Origin: Bacteroidales bacterium
GTDB taxonomy: Bacteria > Bacteroidota > Bacteroidia > Bacteroidales > VadinHA17
Length of the DNA: 64,000 bases
Direction: 5' to 3'
NCBI GenBank assembly: GCA_022865305.1
Contig: JALHSP010000040.1
Span: 24,611-88,610 of the forward strand
The position numbers and the translations under genes are program-made. Of the stretch, positions 55,982 to 64,000 are shown one piece after another; positions within the stretch are counted from its first letter, which is position 1; every line of letters starts with the position of its first letter. A model generated the notes under the pieces. That model was not told the DNA's origin. It made no database searches and worked only from the letters and a program-made list of their open reading frames with translations.

Positions 55982-56944
55982 ATGGAACCTATTGTTAGCC
56001 AACTACCAAAAGATCAGATAGTAGCAGAACTTACAAAAGAAAAACTCCTTCGCAGGACCAACAATGGGAACAATGAGGTTTATGTATTTGATAATAATAA
56101 TTCTCCTTCCCTGATGCATGAGGTAGGAAGGATAAGAGAGATGACATTCCGGCATGCAGGCGGAGGTACCGGCCATTCAATTGACATTGACAACTTTGAT
56201 ACTGACAAAGAAGATCCACAGAAACAGCTTATTGTCTGGGACCCTGAAAATATGGAGATTATTGGAGGCTACCGTTTCTATTTCCCAAAGAAAGGTTGCG
56301 TTCACTGTGATGTCACTAAAATTGCTTCATCAATATATTTTAATTTTTCCGAAAAATTCCTTTCAAAATATTATCCGCACCTGATGGAGCTTGGGCGTTC
56401 ATTTGTCCATCCGGATTATCAGTCAAGAAACATGGGCAGGAAGAGTCTTTTTGCGCTCGACAACCTTTGGGATGGGCTTGGTGCAATTATTATCGATAAT
56501 CATCATCTTAAATATCTGTTCGGTAAAGTGACGATGTATCCCCATTTCAACCAGAACGCAAGGAATATGATACTTTATTTTCTGAAAAAGCACTTTTACG
56601 ATCCGGAAAATCTGGTAACTCCTATTGAACCAGCCAATATTGATCTCCATGAAGAGGAGATGAAGAAATTGTTTACCGGATTGTGGTATAAGGAAAATTA
56701 CAAAATCCTCTCGCAGGAAGTCAGGAAAATGGGGGAATCCATACCGCCCCTCATCAATGCTTACATGAACCTTTCGCCCACAATGCGCACCTTCGGTACA
56801 TTTATTAACCATAAATTCGGAAATGTTGAAGAAACAGGGATCATGATAACACTCCGGGATATCTACGTTGAGAAGATAAACAGGCATCTTGCTTCCTATA
56901 AGAAGGATTTTGAATTAAAATGGTTTTCCCGTGGAAATTATTAA
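55982..56944 (+). CDS. GNAT-family N-acyltransferase (hemolysin-like; GlsB/OlsB/Cbeg12-like amino-acid lipid synthase)
   Basis: 320 aa. Segments IREMTFRHAGGGTG...D.FD...QLIVWD...IIGGYRF and ELGRSFVHPDYQ resemble the Acetyltransf_5-type N-acyl amino acid synthases. The call rests on my recollection of the family and the gene pairing. Confidence 0.7.
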   Translation: MEPIVSQLPKDQIVAELTKEKLLRRTNNGNNEVYVFDNNNSPSLMHEVGRIREMTFRHAGGGTGHSIDIDNFDTDKEDPQKQLIVWDPENMEIIGGYRFYFPKKGCVHCDVTKIASSIYFNFSEKFLSKYYPHLMELGRSFVHPDYQSRNMGRKSLFALDNLWDGLGAIIIDNHHLKYLFGKVTMYPHFNQNARNMILYFLKKHFYDPENLVTPIEPANIDLHEEEMKKLFTGLWYKENYKILSQEVRKMGESIPPLINAYMNLSPTMRTFGTFINHKFGNVEETGIMITLRDIYVEKINRHLASYKKDFELKWFSRGNY

Positions 56945-58842
56945 TAAGCTCTTATGTTCCTGCCCTCATAAAAGTTTATAAACGACTGATTTACAACCTT
57001 ATTTCCTCCAGGTGTAGGATAATTTCCGGTGAAATACCAGTCACCGGAATGACCGGGACAAGCTTCATGCAGCCCTTCTATCGACTGAAAAATAATTTCT
57101 ACTTCAGCTTTAATTTCATCAGTCTTTAACATCGCTGATATTTTCTTTGAGATCTCATCTGTGCAAAACGGTTTATATATTTCTTTCACCATGTTTTTCA
57201 CTTCCCCGACAGGTTTAAGAACTTCATCTTTGGCATGATGATAAATCTCTTCAATCAAAGAATCTTTTCCACTTTCTTTCAGGAGTTCCACAGCTGCCCT
57301 GAATGCTATAAAATCACCCAGTTTTGCCATATCAATACCATAACAGTCAGGATATCGCAACTGGGGTGAAGATGAAACTATTACAATTTTTTTGGGATCA
57401 AGCCTGTCGAGAATTCTGATAATACTTTTTTTAAGTGTTGTCCCTCTGACAATAGAATCATCAATAGCCACAAGTTTGTCAATGCCGCGCCTGATCACCC
57501 CGTAAGTAACATCATATATATGACCAACCAGGTCGTCCCTGCTATTATCTTCGGTAATAAATGTCCTCAGCTTTGCGTCCTTAACTGCGATTTTCTCCAC
57601 CCTTGGTCTCTGGTTAATGATCTTCGCAAGATCTTCGCCTGAAAGGGCTCTCCCATTTTCCATTATGGCATTGATCTTGGAAAGGTTCAGATAATCCTCG
57701 ATCCCTTTTATCAATCCGTAAAATGCACTTTCGGCTGTATTGGGAATGTACGAAAAAACTGTATTTTCAAGATCATAGTCCACAGCTTTAAGGACTTTTT
57801 GTGTCAGCAGTTCACCAAGCTTTTTTCTTTCCCGGTAGATCGTTTTATCAGTTCCTCTCGAAAAATATATCCTTTCAAAAGAGCATTTTCTTTGTTCTGT
57901 CTCTTCCCTGATCTTTTCAATTGAAGTTTTCCCTGAAGCTTTAATTATTATCGCATGAGCCGGTGGAAGCTCCATGACATTATCGGTCCTTACATTAAAA
58001 ACTGTTTGAATAACAGGTCGCTCCGAGGCAATTACTACTACCTCATCATCAATATAATAAAAAGCAGGTCTGATGCCTGCCGGATCTCTCATGACAAATG
58101 CATCGCCATGACCCACCATCCCGGCCATAGCATAACCACCATCCCAGTCGCGGCTGGCTTTGGATAGAATATTTGTTATGTCAAGACTTTCTTCTATAAG
58201 AGGAGAAATATCTTTTTTAGAATAACCCTGTTCCTTGAACTGCCGGAATAATCTTTCATTTTCTTCATCGAGACGATGTCCGACATTTTCGAGAATTGTT
58301 ACGGTATCCGAGAATGCCACAGGATTCTGACCCAGATCAACAAGACTGCTGAAGACTTCACCGACATTTGTCAGGTTGAAATTACCGGCCATGACAAGAT
58401 TTCTCGATCTCCAGTTATTTTCACGGCTCACGGGGTGAACATAGTCTATGTTATAGTTGCCATATGTTCCGTACCTCAGATGCCCGAGATAAATATCGCA
58501 TGCAAACGGAATTTTTTCCTTTATGAAGCCTGGATTTTGGGACTCCTGTCTGTTTGCCCCTCCGATTTTATTAATATCCTCATATATGAGCCTGAAGATC
58601 TCTTTAATAGGATTTGCCCGGTTGGATCGTTGCCTGTAAATATATCTGTTACCGGGTTCGACATTCATTTTTATTCCAGCAATCCCCGCACCATCCTGCC
58701 CCCTGTTATGCTGTTTCTCCATCATCAGGTACATCTTCTGGAGACCATAATCCCATGTACCATATTTTTCAATATAATATTCCATCGGCTTCAGCAATCT
58801 TAACATTGCTATGCCACATTCATGTTTTATATTATCACTCAT
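56941..58842 (-). CDS. purF: amidophosphoribosyltransferase (long Bacteroidota type)
   Basis: 633 aa. The N-terminus carries the Ntn nucleophile context, MSDNIKHECGIAMLRLLKPMEYYIEKYGTWDYGLQKMYLMMEKQHNRGQDGAG. A C-terminal PRT domain is present (VAIDDSIVRGTT). Confidence 0.92.
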   Translation of the reverse strand: MSDNIKHECGIAMLRLLKPMEYYIEKYGTWDYGLQKMYLMMEKQHNRGQDGAGIAGIKMNVEPGNRYIYRQRSNRANPIKEIFRLIYEDINKIGGANRQESQNPGFIKEKIPFACDIYLGHLRYGTYGNYNIDYVHPVSRENNWRSRNLVMAGNFNLTNVGEVFSSLVDLGQNPVAFSDTVTILENVGHRLDEENERLFRQFKEQGYSKKDISPLIEESLDITNILSKASRDWDGGYAMAGMVGHGDAFVMRDPAGIRPAFYYIDDEVVVIASERPVIQTVFNVRTDNVMELPPAHAIIIKASGKTSIEKIREETEQRKCSFERIYFSRGTDKTIYRERKKLGELLTQKVLKAVDYDLENTVFSYIPNTAESAFYGLIKGIEDYLNLSKINAIMENGRALSGEDLAKIINQRPRVEKIAVKDAKLRTFITEDNSRDDLVGHIYDVTYGVIRRGIDKLVAIDDSIVRGTTLKKSIIRILDRLDPKKIVIVSSSPQLRYPDCYGIDMAKLGDFIAFRAAVELLKESGKDSLIEEIYHHAKDEVLKPVGEVKNMVKEIYKPFCTDEISKKISAMLKTDEIKAEVEIIFQSIEGLHEACPGHSGDWYFTGNYPTPGGNKVVNQSFINFYEGRNIRAY

Positions 58843-58844
58843 AT

Positions 58845-59330
58845 TTATTTTTTAACCAGATCCGGGAAGTTGATTATATCCGGGACGAGAATTGCGTTTG
58901 GGAATTCCTTGCGTACTGATAACAGATATTTCATACCCTCTGTTTTAGTTCTGAAATTGCCTGCCCGGATTTTGAAATAGCCGGGCTCAGCGTACATTGC
59001 ATATGAAATAATATCGGGGAATTTACTCATAAAGTCAGCATTTGCTTTGTTTGATTCCTCGCGGGCATTCCTGTTCGAACTGGCATAGATCTGGATCCTG
59101 AAACCCGGCATACCCTGTCTTCCTTCAGAGGTTTTTTGCTTTTTGTTTGAAAGAATGTACCGGTACAATAGAGTGTCAACTCCGGGAGACTGGATTATAT
59201 TCAGCTCACCTGTCCTGTAATCCCCATCAGGTCTGCGAAGAAGATCAGTAGTCCTGATAAAAGCCTGTGCCCCGCAAAAATCAGGCAGAAGCACCAAAAA
59301 AACAGGGAGTATTAAAATTTTCCGGATCAT
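58845..59330 (-). CDS. SPOR domain-containing protein
   Basis: 161 aa with a signal peptide. The C-terminal SPOR-like repeat reads FRIQIYASSNRNAREESNKANADFMSKFPD...YFKIRAGNFRTKTEGMKYL. Confidence 0.8.
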   Translation of the reverse strand: MIRKILILPVFLVLLPDFCGAQAFIRTTDLLRRPDGDYRTGELNIIQSPGVDTLLYRYILSNKKQKTSEGRQGMPGFRIQIYASSNRNAREESNKANADFMSKFPDIISYAMYAEPGYFKIRAGNFRTKTEGMKYLLSVRKEFPNAILVPDIINFPDLVKK

Positions 59331-59373
59331 GCAGTAAAAATAACAATTCGACGGCAGATTAATAACAAAGTCA

Positions 59374-60465
59374 TTATAGTGAAGATTTCAATGCCAGGAA
59401 AAAGCTCCCTCCCTTCGATCCTGCAACAAGAATATTCCCGTCGTGGGTAACATCCATGTCCCTGCCAAAAGCATCGGTGGTTTTGGAATCACAAGCATCG
59501 AATATCCTTATTTTCCCGGAATAAGTACCATCCAGAGGACTTACCATGTTGACAGCAAAACAATTCGTATTAAGCATCATCAGGATATCATCATCATTAA
59601 TAACAAGGGCTATACCCTCATTTATATTTTCATGATACTGTTTCCATCTTATTGCCCCGGTTCCTGAAAGTGAAGCAAGAAAAGAATTATTCAGGACGCT
59701 TTCTCCGGATGATAATTCTGTTTTACCTGAGACATAAATATTCCCAGAAGCGTCAAGATTAATGTCAAGTGTGGCTGCACCAAAATTAGGATTATTATAA
59801 AGTTCTGTCTCCCATAATTTCTGAAAATCGCTATTAAACTTGGCAACACTGGCTTTGGGTTTTGCTGCGGCAGTTTTCCTGGTAAGAGGAAGGTATATAT
59901 TACCGGCATTATCAACATCAGCTTTATTTGCTGATATAAAATTTGTTTCAGTTATCTCCTTTTTTTGAATTATATGCCCTGTAGAATCCAGGCTGATGAA
60001 GAAGAGGCCTGTTGCTCCGGAATTTGCTGAATCGGGAATAGCTGTTGCGACTGCCAGCAGATTACCGTCGCCCATATAGCATAAAGTAGTCCTGTCAACC
60101 TTAAAACCAGTCGTAATTGATGTATCCCATACGTTAACTCCACTGGGGCTGAAACGGGCAAGGATCATTTTTCCCCCGGCATTTCCCGCAGCTATGTAAC
60201 CTGATTTATCGGACCATGCCGAACTGAATAAACCTTCGTTATCTAAACTTATATCAACAATAACTTTTCTGTCTTTGGAAAGCTTGATAAGATAAGGTTT
60301 GCTGTTTAACTCTCCGCAGCTTACAAATCCGGAATCAGGTGTCGATCGGATAAATAATGCATCACCCTGACCAAATGATTTTTCCCAGATAAAATCGTCA
60401 TTGCCCTCTTTTTTGCAGGATGAAAAAAGGAATATTAAAATCAGTACCCAAAATATTGCTTTCAT
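59374..60465 (-). CDS. hypothetical lipoprotein with beta-propeller-like (SBBP-type) repeats
   Basis: 363 aa with lipobox FLFSSC. There are recurring D..GNIY/GNILVAG-type strands. The family assignment is tentative. Confidence 0.5.
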   Translation of the reverse strand: MKAIFWVLILIFLFSSCKKEGNDDFIWEKSFGQGDALFIRSTPDSGFVSCGELNSKPYLIKLSKDRKVIVDISLDNEGLFSSAWSDKSGYIAAGNAGGKMILARFSPSGVNVWDTSITTGFKVDRTTLCYMGDGNLLAVATAIPDSANSGATGLFFISLDSTGHIIQKKEITETNFISANKADVDNAGNIYLPLTRKTAAAKPKASVAKFNSDFQKLWETELYNNPNFGAATLDINLDASGNIYVSGKTELSSGESVLNNSFLASLSGTGAIRWKQYHENINEGIALVINDDDILMMLNTNCFAVNMVSPLDGTYSGKIRIFDACDSKTTDAFGRDMDVTHDGNILVAGSKGGSFFLALKSSL

Positions 60466-60476
60466 AATGTAAAATA

Positions 60477-61220
60477 TTACCCCAGCTCATCGGCCAGTTC
60501 ATCAGTCATTTCAAGATTATGATAGACATTTTGGATATCATCATCATCTTCAAGCGATTCGATAAATTTGAGGACTTTTTTTGCTGATTCCACATCAAGC
60601 TTTTTGGTATCGTTAGGTATCCTTTTCAACCTGGCTTCTTCCGGTTCAATTCCAAGCTCGCTTAACTTCCTGCTGACGCTACCAAAGTCCTCTTTAGCGC
60701 ATGTAATGGTGATCGTATCTCCATCAACTTCGAAATCCTGTGCACCGGCATCGATCATTTCAAGTTCGACATCATCAAGCGAAAGTCCTTCGTTTTTAAT
60801 GGTAAAAATGCCTTTCCTGTCAAACAGGAAGCTGAGAGACCCATTTGTTCCCAGGTTGCCTCCATGCTTATTGAAAGCTGACCTGATTGAAGCCACAGTC
60901 CTGTTGTTATTATCGGTGAGACATTCAGCAAATACAGCAATTCCACAAGGTCCGTAACCCTCGAATGAGGTTTCCGTAAAACTTACTGCATCAGATCCGA
61001 CAGCCTTCTTAATTGCTCTGTCAATATTATCCTTAGGCATATTTACACCTTTTGCATTCTGAATGGCAAGCCTTAACTTGGCGTTGGATTCGGGATCACC
61101 ACCCCCATCTTTTGCAGCAATGATTATCTCCTTTATGATCTTTGTAAAGATCTTTCCTCTTTTGGCATCAGCTGCCCCTTTCTTCCTTTTAATTGTTGAC
61201 CATTTACTGTGACCTGACAT
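60477..61220 (-). CDS. yebC: YebC/PmpR family DNA-binding transcriptional regulator
   Basis: 247 aa. MSGHSKWSTIKRKKGAADAKRGKIFTK... is the invariant N-terminus of the family. Confidence 0.95.
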   Translation of the reverse strand: MSGHSKWSTIKRKKGAADAKRGKIFTKIIKEIIIAAKDGGGDPESNAKLRLAIQNAKGVNMPKDNIDRAIKKAVGSDAVSFTETSFEGYGPCGIAVFAECLTDNNNRTVASIRSAFNKHGGNLGTNGSLSFLFDRKGIFTIKNEGLSLDDVELEMIDAGAQDFEVDGDTITITCAKEDFGSVSRKLSELGIEPEEARLKRIPNDTKKLDVESAKKVLKFIESLEDDDDIQNVYHNLEMTDELADELG

Positions 61221-61245
61221 ACATGTATTTTAAATATTACGAATG

Positions 61246-61253
61246 CAAAATTA
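61246..61253 (-). promoter_or_regulatory. Bacteroidota-type -7 promoter box upstream of yebC
   Basis: Exact TAATTTTG on the minus strand, 25 nt upstream of the ATG at 61220. Confidence 0.45.
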
Positions 61254-61321
61254 AATATTTCTTTAATACATCATCCATACTTTATACTTTTGTAGGATAA
61301 TTTGACAGGCGGAAGGATAAG

Positions 61322-61399
61322 GGCATTCCAATAAAATCCCCTCCCGGGAAAGCCGGTCCCGAACGACAGGACGGGAGGCATGGGGTGGGTTTTAATGCC
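61322..61399. repeat. 78-nt GC-rich imperfect long hairpin element between divergent yebC and miaB promoters
   Basis: Outer stem GGCATT/AATGCC (61322-27 with 61394-99), AAAA/TTTT, CCCC/GGGG, CTCCCG/CGGGAG, and apical GTCC/GGAC. The minus strand carries the head motif ATTAAAACCCACCCCATGCC (reverse complement of 61377-61396), related to the elements at 32853, 32985 and 37877. Confidence 0.65.
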
Positions 61400-61409
61400 G
61401 ATAAGCCCT

Positions 61410-61417
61410 TAACTTTG
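61410..61417 (+). promoter_or_regulatory. Bacteroidota-type -7 promoter box upstream of miaB
   Basis: Exact TAACTTTG, 37 nt upstream of the ATG at 61455. A second exact box, TACTTTTG, lies at 61285-61292, upstream of the hairpin element. Confidence 0.45.
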
Positions 61418-61454
61418 AGCTCTGAGCATTTATCCGGGTGAAACAGAATATTCG

Positions 61455-62783
61455 ATGATTAAAAAAGTATATATAGAAACCTACGGTTGTCAGATGAACG
61501 TTGCTGACAGTGAGGTTGTTGTTTCAATCCTCACTGATGCCGGTTTTAAAACAGCCGATAATATTAATGATGCGGATTTAATCCTCGTAAATACATGTTC
61601 TATCCGCGAAAATGCTGAACAGCGTATCTGGAGACGTCTTAAAGCTATCAGCTATCTGAAGAAAAAAAATAAAGGAATCATAATCGGATTAATAGGCTGC
61701 ATGGCTGAAAGACTGAAAGAAAAAGTCCTTGAAGAAGACCGTTTTGTTGATATTGTTGCCGGCCCTGATTCCTATCGTGAACTTCCACTGCTTTTTGCTG
61801 AAGCCGAATCGGGTCATAAGGCTGTTAATGTTTTACTTTCACATGAAGAAACTTATGCAGACATCTCGCCTGTACGACTGGATAAAAACGGAGTCTCATC
61901 ATTTGTTTCAATAATGAGGGGCTGCAACAATATGTGTGCCTATTGCGTTGTCCCGTATGTCCGGGGTTCTGAAAGAAGCCGTGATCCGGAAACGGTTTTA
62001 AGAGAAGTAAACGAGCTTTTTAATTCAGGTTACAGGGAGGTCACACTTCTTGGTCAGAACGTCGATTCCTACAGATGGGACAAAGATGGACTTAATATCG
62101 GATTTTCTGAACTTCTTGAAAAAGTTGCAGGAATAGATCCTCTTTTAAGGGTCAGGTTTTCAACCTCTCATCCAAAAGATATTTCAGATGAGCTTTTAAA
62201 GACTATCTCACGGTATGATAATATTTGTAAACATATCCACCTGCCGGCTCAGAGCGGCAGCAACCGGATTCTGAAACTTATGAACCGTGAATATACAAGG
62301 GAATGGTACATGGACCGGATCAGTGCCATCCGGAAATTTATTCCTGATTGTTCTATATCGACCGACATGATTTCCGGATTCTGCACAGAAACAGAAGAGG
62401 ACCATCAGGCGTCATTGACGTTGATGGAATGGGCAGGTTTTGACTTTTCATATATGTTTAAATACAGCGAAAGACCCGGCACCCGGGCTGCAAGAAAAAA
62501 TAAGGATGATGTTCCTGAAGATGTTAAGTCAAAGAGGCTGACTGAAATAATTTCACTTCAGAATAAGCTTTCCGCATTATCCAAAAAGAATGATGTCGGA
62601 AAGGTGCTTGAGGTACTGATTGAAGATTATTCAAAAAGATCCCGTGATTTCATGTCAGGCCGGACCTCTCAGAACAAAGTTGTGGTTTTTCCAGATAAGG
62701 GATATTATAAAGGAGATTATGTGCAAGTTTTAATTGAAAGATGCACATCAGCCACTCTTCTCGGGAAGGTTACGAAACACTAA
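61455..62783 (+). CDS. miaB: tRNA (N6-isopentenyl adenosine(37)-C2)-methylthiotransferase MiaB
   Basis: 442 aa. UPF0004 N-terminal domain ([15 protein letters not shown]), radical-SAM cluster [11 protein letters not shown], and a C-terminal TRAM domain. Confidence 0.93.
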   Translation: MIKKVYIETYGCQMNVADSEVVVSILTDAGFKTADNINDADLILVNTCSIRENAEQRIWRRLKAISYLKKKNKGIIIGLIGCMAERLKEKVLEEDRFVDIVAGPDSYRELPLLFAEAESGHKAVNVLLSHEETYADISPVRLDKNGVSSFVSIMRGCNNMCAYCVVPYVRGSERSRDPETVLREVNELFNSGYREVTLLGQNVDSYRWDKDGLNIGFSELLEKVAGIDPLLRVRFSTSHPKDISDELLKTISRYDNICKHIHLPAQSGSNRILKLMNREYTREWYMDRISAIRKFIPDCSISTDMISGFCTETEEDHQASLTLMEWAGFDFSYMFKYSERPGTRAARKNKDDVPEDVKSKRLTEIISLQNKLSALSKKNDVGKVLEVLIEDYSKRSRDFMSGRTSQNKVVVFPDKGYYKGDYVQVLIERCTSATLLGKVTKH

Positions 62784-62841
62784 AAGTTTGGCTTTTTTAT
62801 ATATTTTGAGTAACTTGCATGATCAATTTTCTTTTCAGAAG

Positions 62842-63522
62842 ATGAAGATCAGAGTTTTACTTCTTGTTGGTGCATTAATCTGTGTGACTTTGTCTGTATC
62901 CGGACAGATTACATACAACCGGGGAAAAAAGAAAGTGACTATATCAGGAATTATAAGTGGACCTGATAAAAATCCTGTGACAGGAGCACAAATTTTTATC
63001 GATGGCATTAAGACCAGGTATATATCTGATGATGCAGGTAAGTACAAAATTAAAATCAGTCGTGCTGCAAGAAAAATACTTGTTTATTCGCCTGAGTCCG
63101 GTTATAATGAAACTGATATTAACGGGCAGACGACTATTAATCTCACTCTTAATGGTGTTAACGGAGAGAAGCCGGCATTTATCAAAAATATTGAAATGAA
63201 GGAATCATCCGGCAGGACGAAGAAAGTGGCCAAACCTCAGAAAATGAATACATATACCGATATTTACCAGATGATACGGTCCGAGGTTCCAGGAGTAGTA
63301 GTTAGTGGAAGAAGCATAATGGTGCAGGGGCCAAATTCTTTTTTTGGCAGCAGCCAGCCTTTATTTGTAGTCAACGGAGCAAAAGTTAACAATATAGATT
63401 TTATAAATCCTGCTGAAGTAAAATCAATCCAGCTTCTTAAAGGGTCTTCTGCTACAATATATGGATTGGAGGGTGCCAATGGAGTAATAAGTATAACCCT
63501 TTTTAAAGGATCAGAAAAATAA
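62842..63522 (+). CDS. CarboxypepD_reg-like domain + partial TonB-dependent-receptor plug-like domain protein (no beta-barrel)
   Basis: Start set to the ATG at 62842 (MKIRVLLLVGALICVTLSVSGQ). It has the ISGIISGPDKNPVTGAQIFIDG...DDAGKYKIKI fold motif and a plug-like C-terminus, PLFVVNGAKVNNIDFINPAEVKSIQLLKGSSATIYGLEGANGVISITL. The protein stops after 226 aa. Confidence 0.65.
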   Translation: MKIRVLLLVGALICVTLSVSGQITYNRGKKKVTISGIISGPDKNPVTGAQIFIDGIKTRYISDDAGKYKIKISRAARKILVYSPESGYNETDINGQTTINLTLNGVNGEKPAFIKNIEMKESSGRTKKVAKPQKMNTYTDIYQMIRSEVPGVVVSGRSIMVQGPNSFFGSSQPLFVVNGAKVNNIDFINPAEVKSIQLLKGSSATIYGLEGANGVISITLFKGSEK

Positions 63523-63568
63523 AAAGGCATAATAATTGTTGCTATAAAATATTATAAAAATTCATTAT

Positions 63569-64000
63569 ATGAGATTAAAGACATTTTTTTTGGTCCTGCT
63601 TTGTCTTGTGACAGCTGTCACCGCTTCTTACGGACAGAAGAGTAAAAAGAAAACAATTGTGTCAGGTCATGTTACAGATATAAATAGTAGACCTGTACCA
63701 GGGATTACGATAATGGTAGATAACAAAAACACCAATAGAATAACTGATGACTCCGGATTCTATAAAATTAAAATCAAACCTGATGCTGAAATAATCAGCA
63801 TCCGCCTCCCTTCAGGTCAAATTACCAAGGAGCTGATTATCGGGCGGACTGAAATTAATCTTTCCCTTCCAATTGATATATTATCATATACAGGCATTCA
63901 GAAAGATCCTGGCGATGAAGAGATCAATGTCGGTTACGGGACTGTAAAGAGAAAAGACCTGACACAACAAGTCGGAAAAATTGATGGAACGAATACGAAG
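63569..64000 (+). CDS. paralogous CarboxypepD_reg-like / TonB-dependent-receptor N-terminus (partial, runs off the window end)
   Basis: Not in the ORF track because it is open-ended. My translation reads MRLKTFFLVLLCLVTAVTASYGQKSKKKTIVSGHVTDINSRPVPGITIMVDNKNTNRITDDSGFYKIKIKPD...EINVGYGTVKRKDLTQQVGKIDGTNTK. GYGT.K+KDLT is the SusC/TBDR-type segment preceding the plug. Confidence 0.65.
   Translation, partial: MRLKTFFLVLLCLVTAVTASYGQKSKKKTIVSGHVTDINSRPVPGITIMVDNKNTNRITDDSGFYKIKIKPDAEIISIRLPSGQITKELIIGRTEINLSLPIDILSYTGIQKDPGDEEINVGYGTVKRKDLTQQVGKIDGTNTK

Noticed and set aside
1-64000. Search for defence systems, prophage or integrative elements, toxin-antitoxin pairs, CRISPR arrays, tRNA or rRNA genes
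   Set aside because: I recognised no nuclease, helicase, methyltransferase, integrase or transposase-like ORFs. There are no repeat-spacer arrays and no tRNA-like sequences in any intergenic gap. All sizeable ORFs are accounted for by housekeeping or envelope functions.

Overview
AT-rich chromosomal segment with Bacteroidota hallmarks: T9SS type-B cargo plus PorP/SprF, TAnnTTTG promoter boxes, and a dcw cluster lacking murF and ddl. It is almost entirely housekeeping. The centre is a complete co-directional dcw cluster on the minus strand (mraZ-rsmH-ftsL-ftsI-murE-mraY-murD-ftsW-murG-murC-ftsQ-ftsA-ftsZ, 53353 down to 38041). It is preceded by three 10-bp-phased GTGGA direct repeats that fit an MraZ operator. 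Other recognisable genes:
- Transport: MacA/MacB-type efflux pair, LolC/E-like permease.
- Translation and ribosome biogenesis: rluB-like pseudouridine synthase, era, der, rlmH, valS, miaB.
- Metabolism: glmM, nadC, purF, an aminotransferase.
- Cell wall and envelope: NamZ-like DUF1343 protein, MltF-like transglycosylase, M28 peptidase.
- Other: yebC, and a PlsC-like plus GNAT acyltransferase pair resembling the Bacteroidales glycine-lipid (GlsA/GlsB) genes.

The only accessory-looking block is 7.5-22.2 kb. There, seven tightly spaced co-directional genes place a T9SS type-B cargo module (1238-aa adhesin-like protein, PorP/SprF, PD40+PKD protein, unknown secreted protein) between a 12-TM histidine kinase and a beta-propeller/Y_Y_Y-PP2C phosphatase. 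Neither sensor has a visible signalling partner.

I saw no rRNA, tRNA, CRISPR, transposase/integrase, prophage or recognisable defence genes, and I cannot claim a clear-cut novel multi-gene system. The best leads are:
1. The sensor-bracketed T9SS module.
2. A dispersed family of GC-rich hairpin modules confined to four intergenic regions.
3. The candidate MraZ operator.
4. An internally deleted glutamine synthetase remnant.
5. A barrel-less CarboxypepD_reg+plug protein next to a paralogue.

Several ORF-track starts (often TTG) were moved to downstream ATGs, supported by signal peptides, conserved N-termini or promoter boxes.
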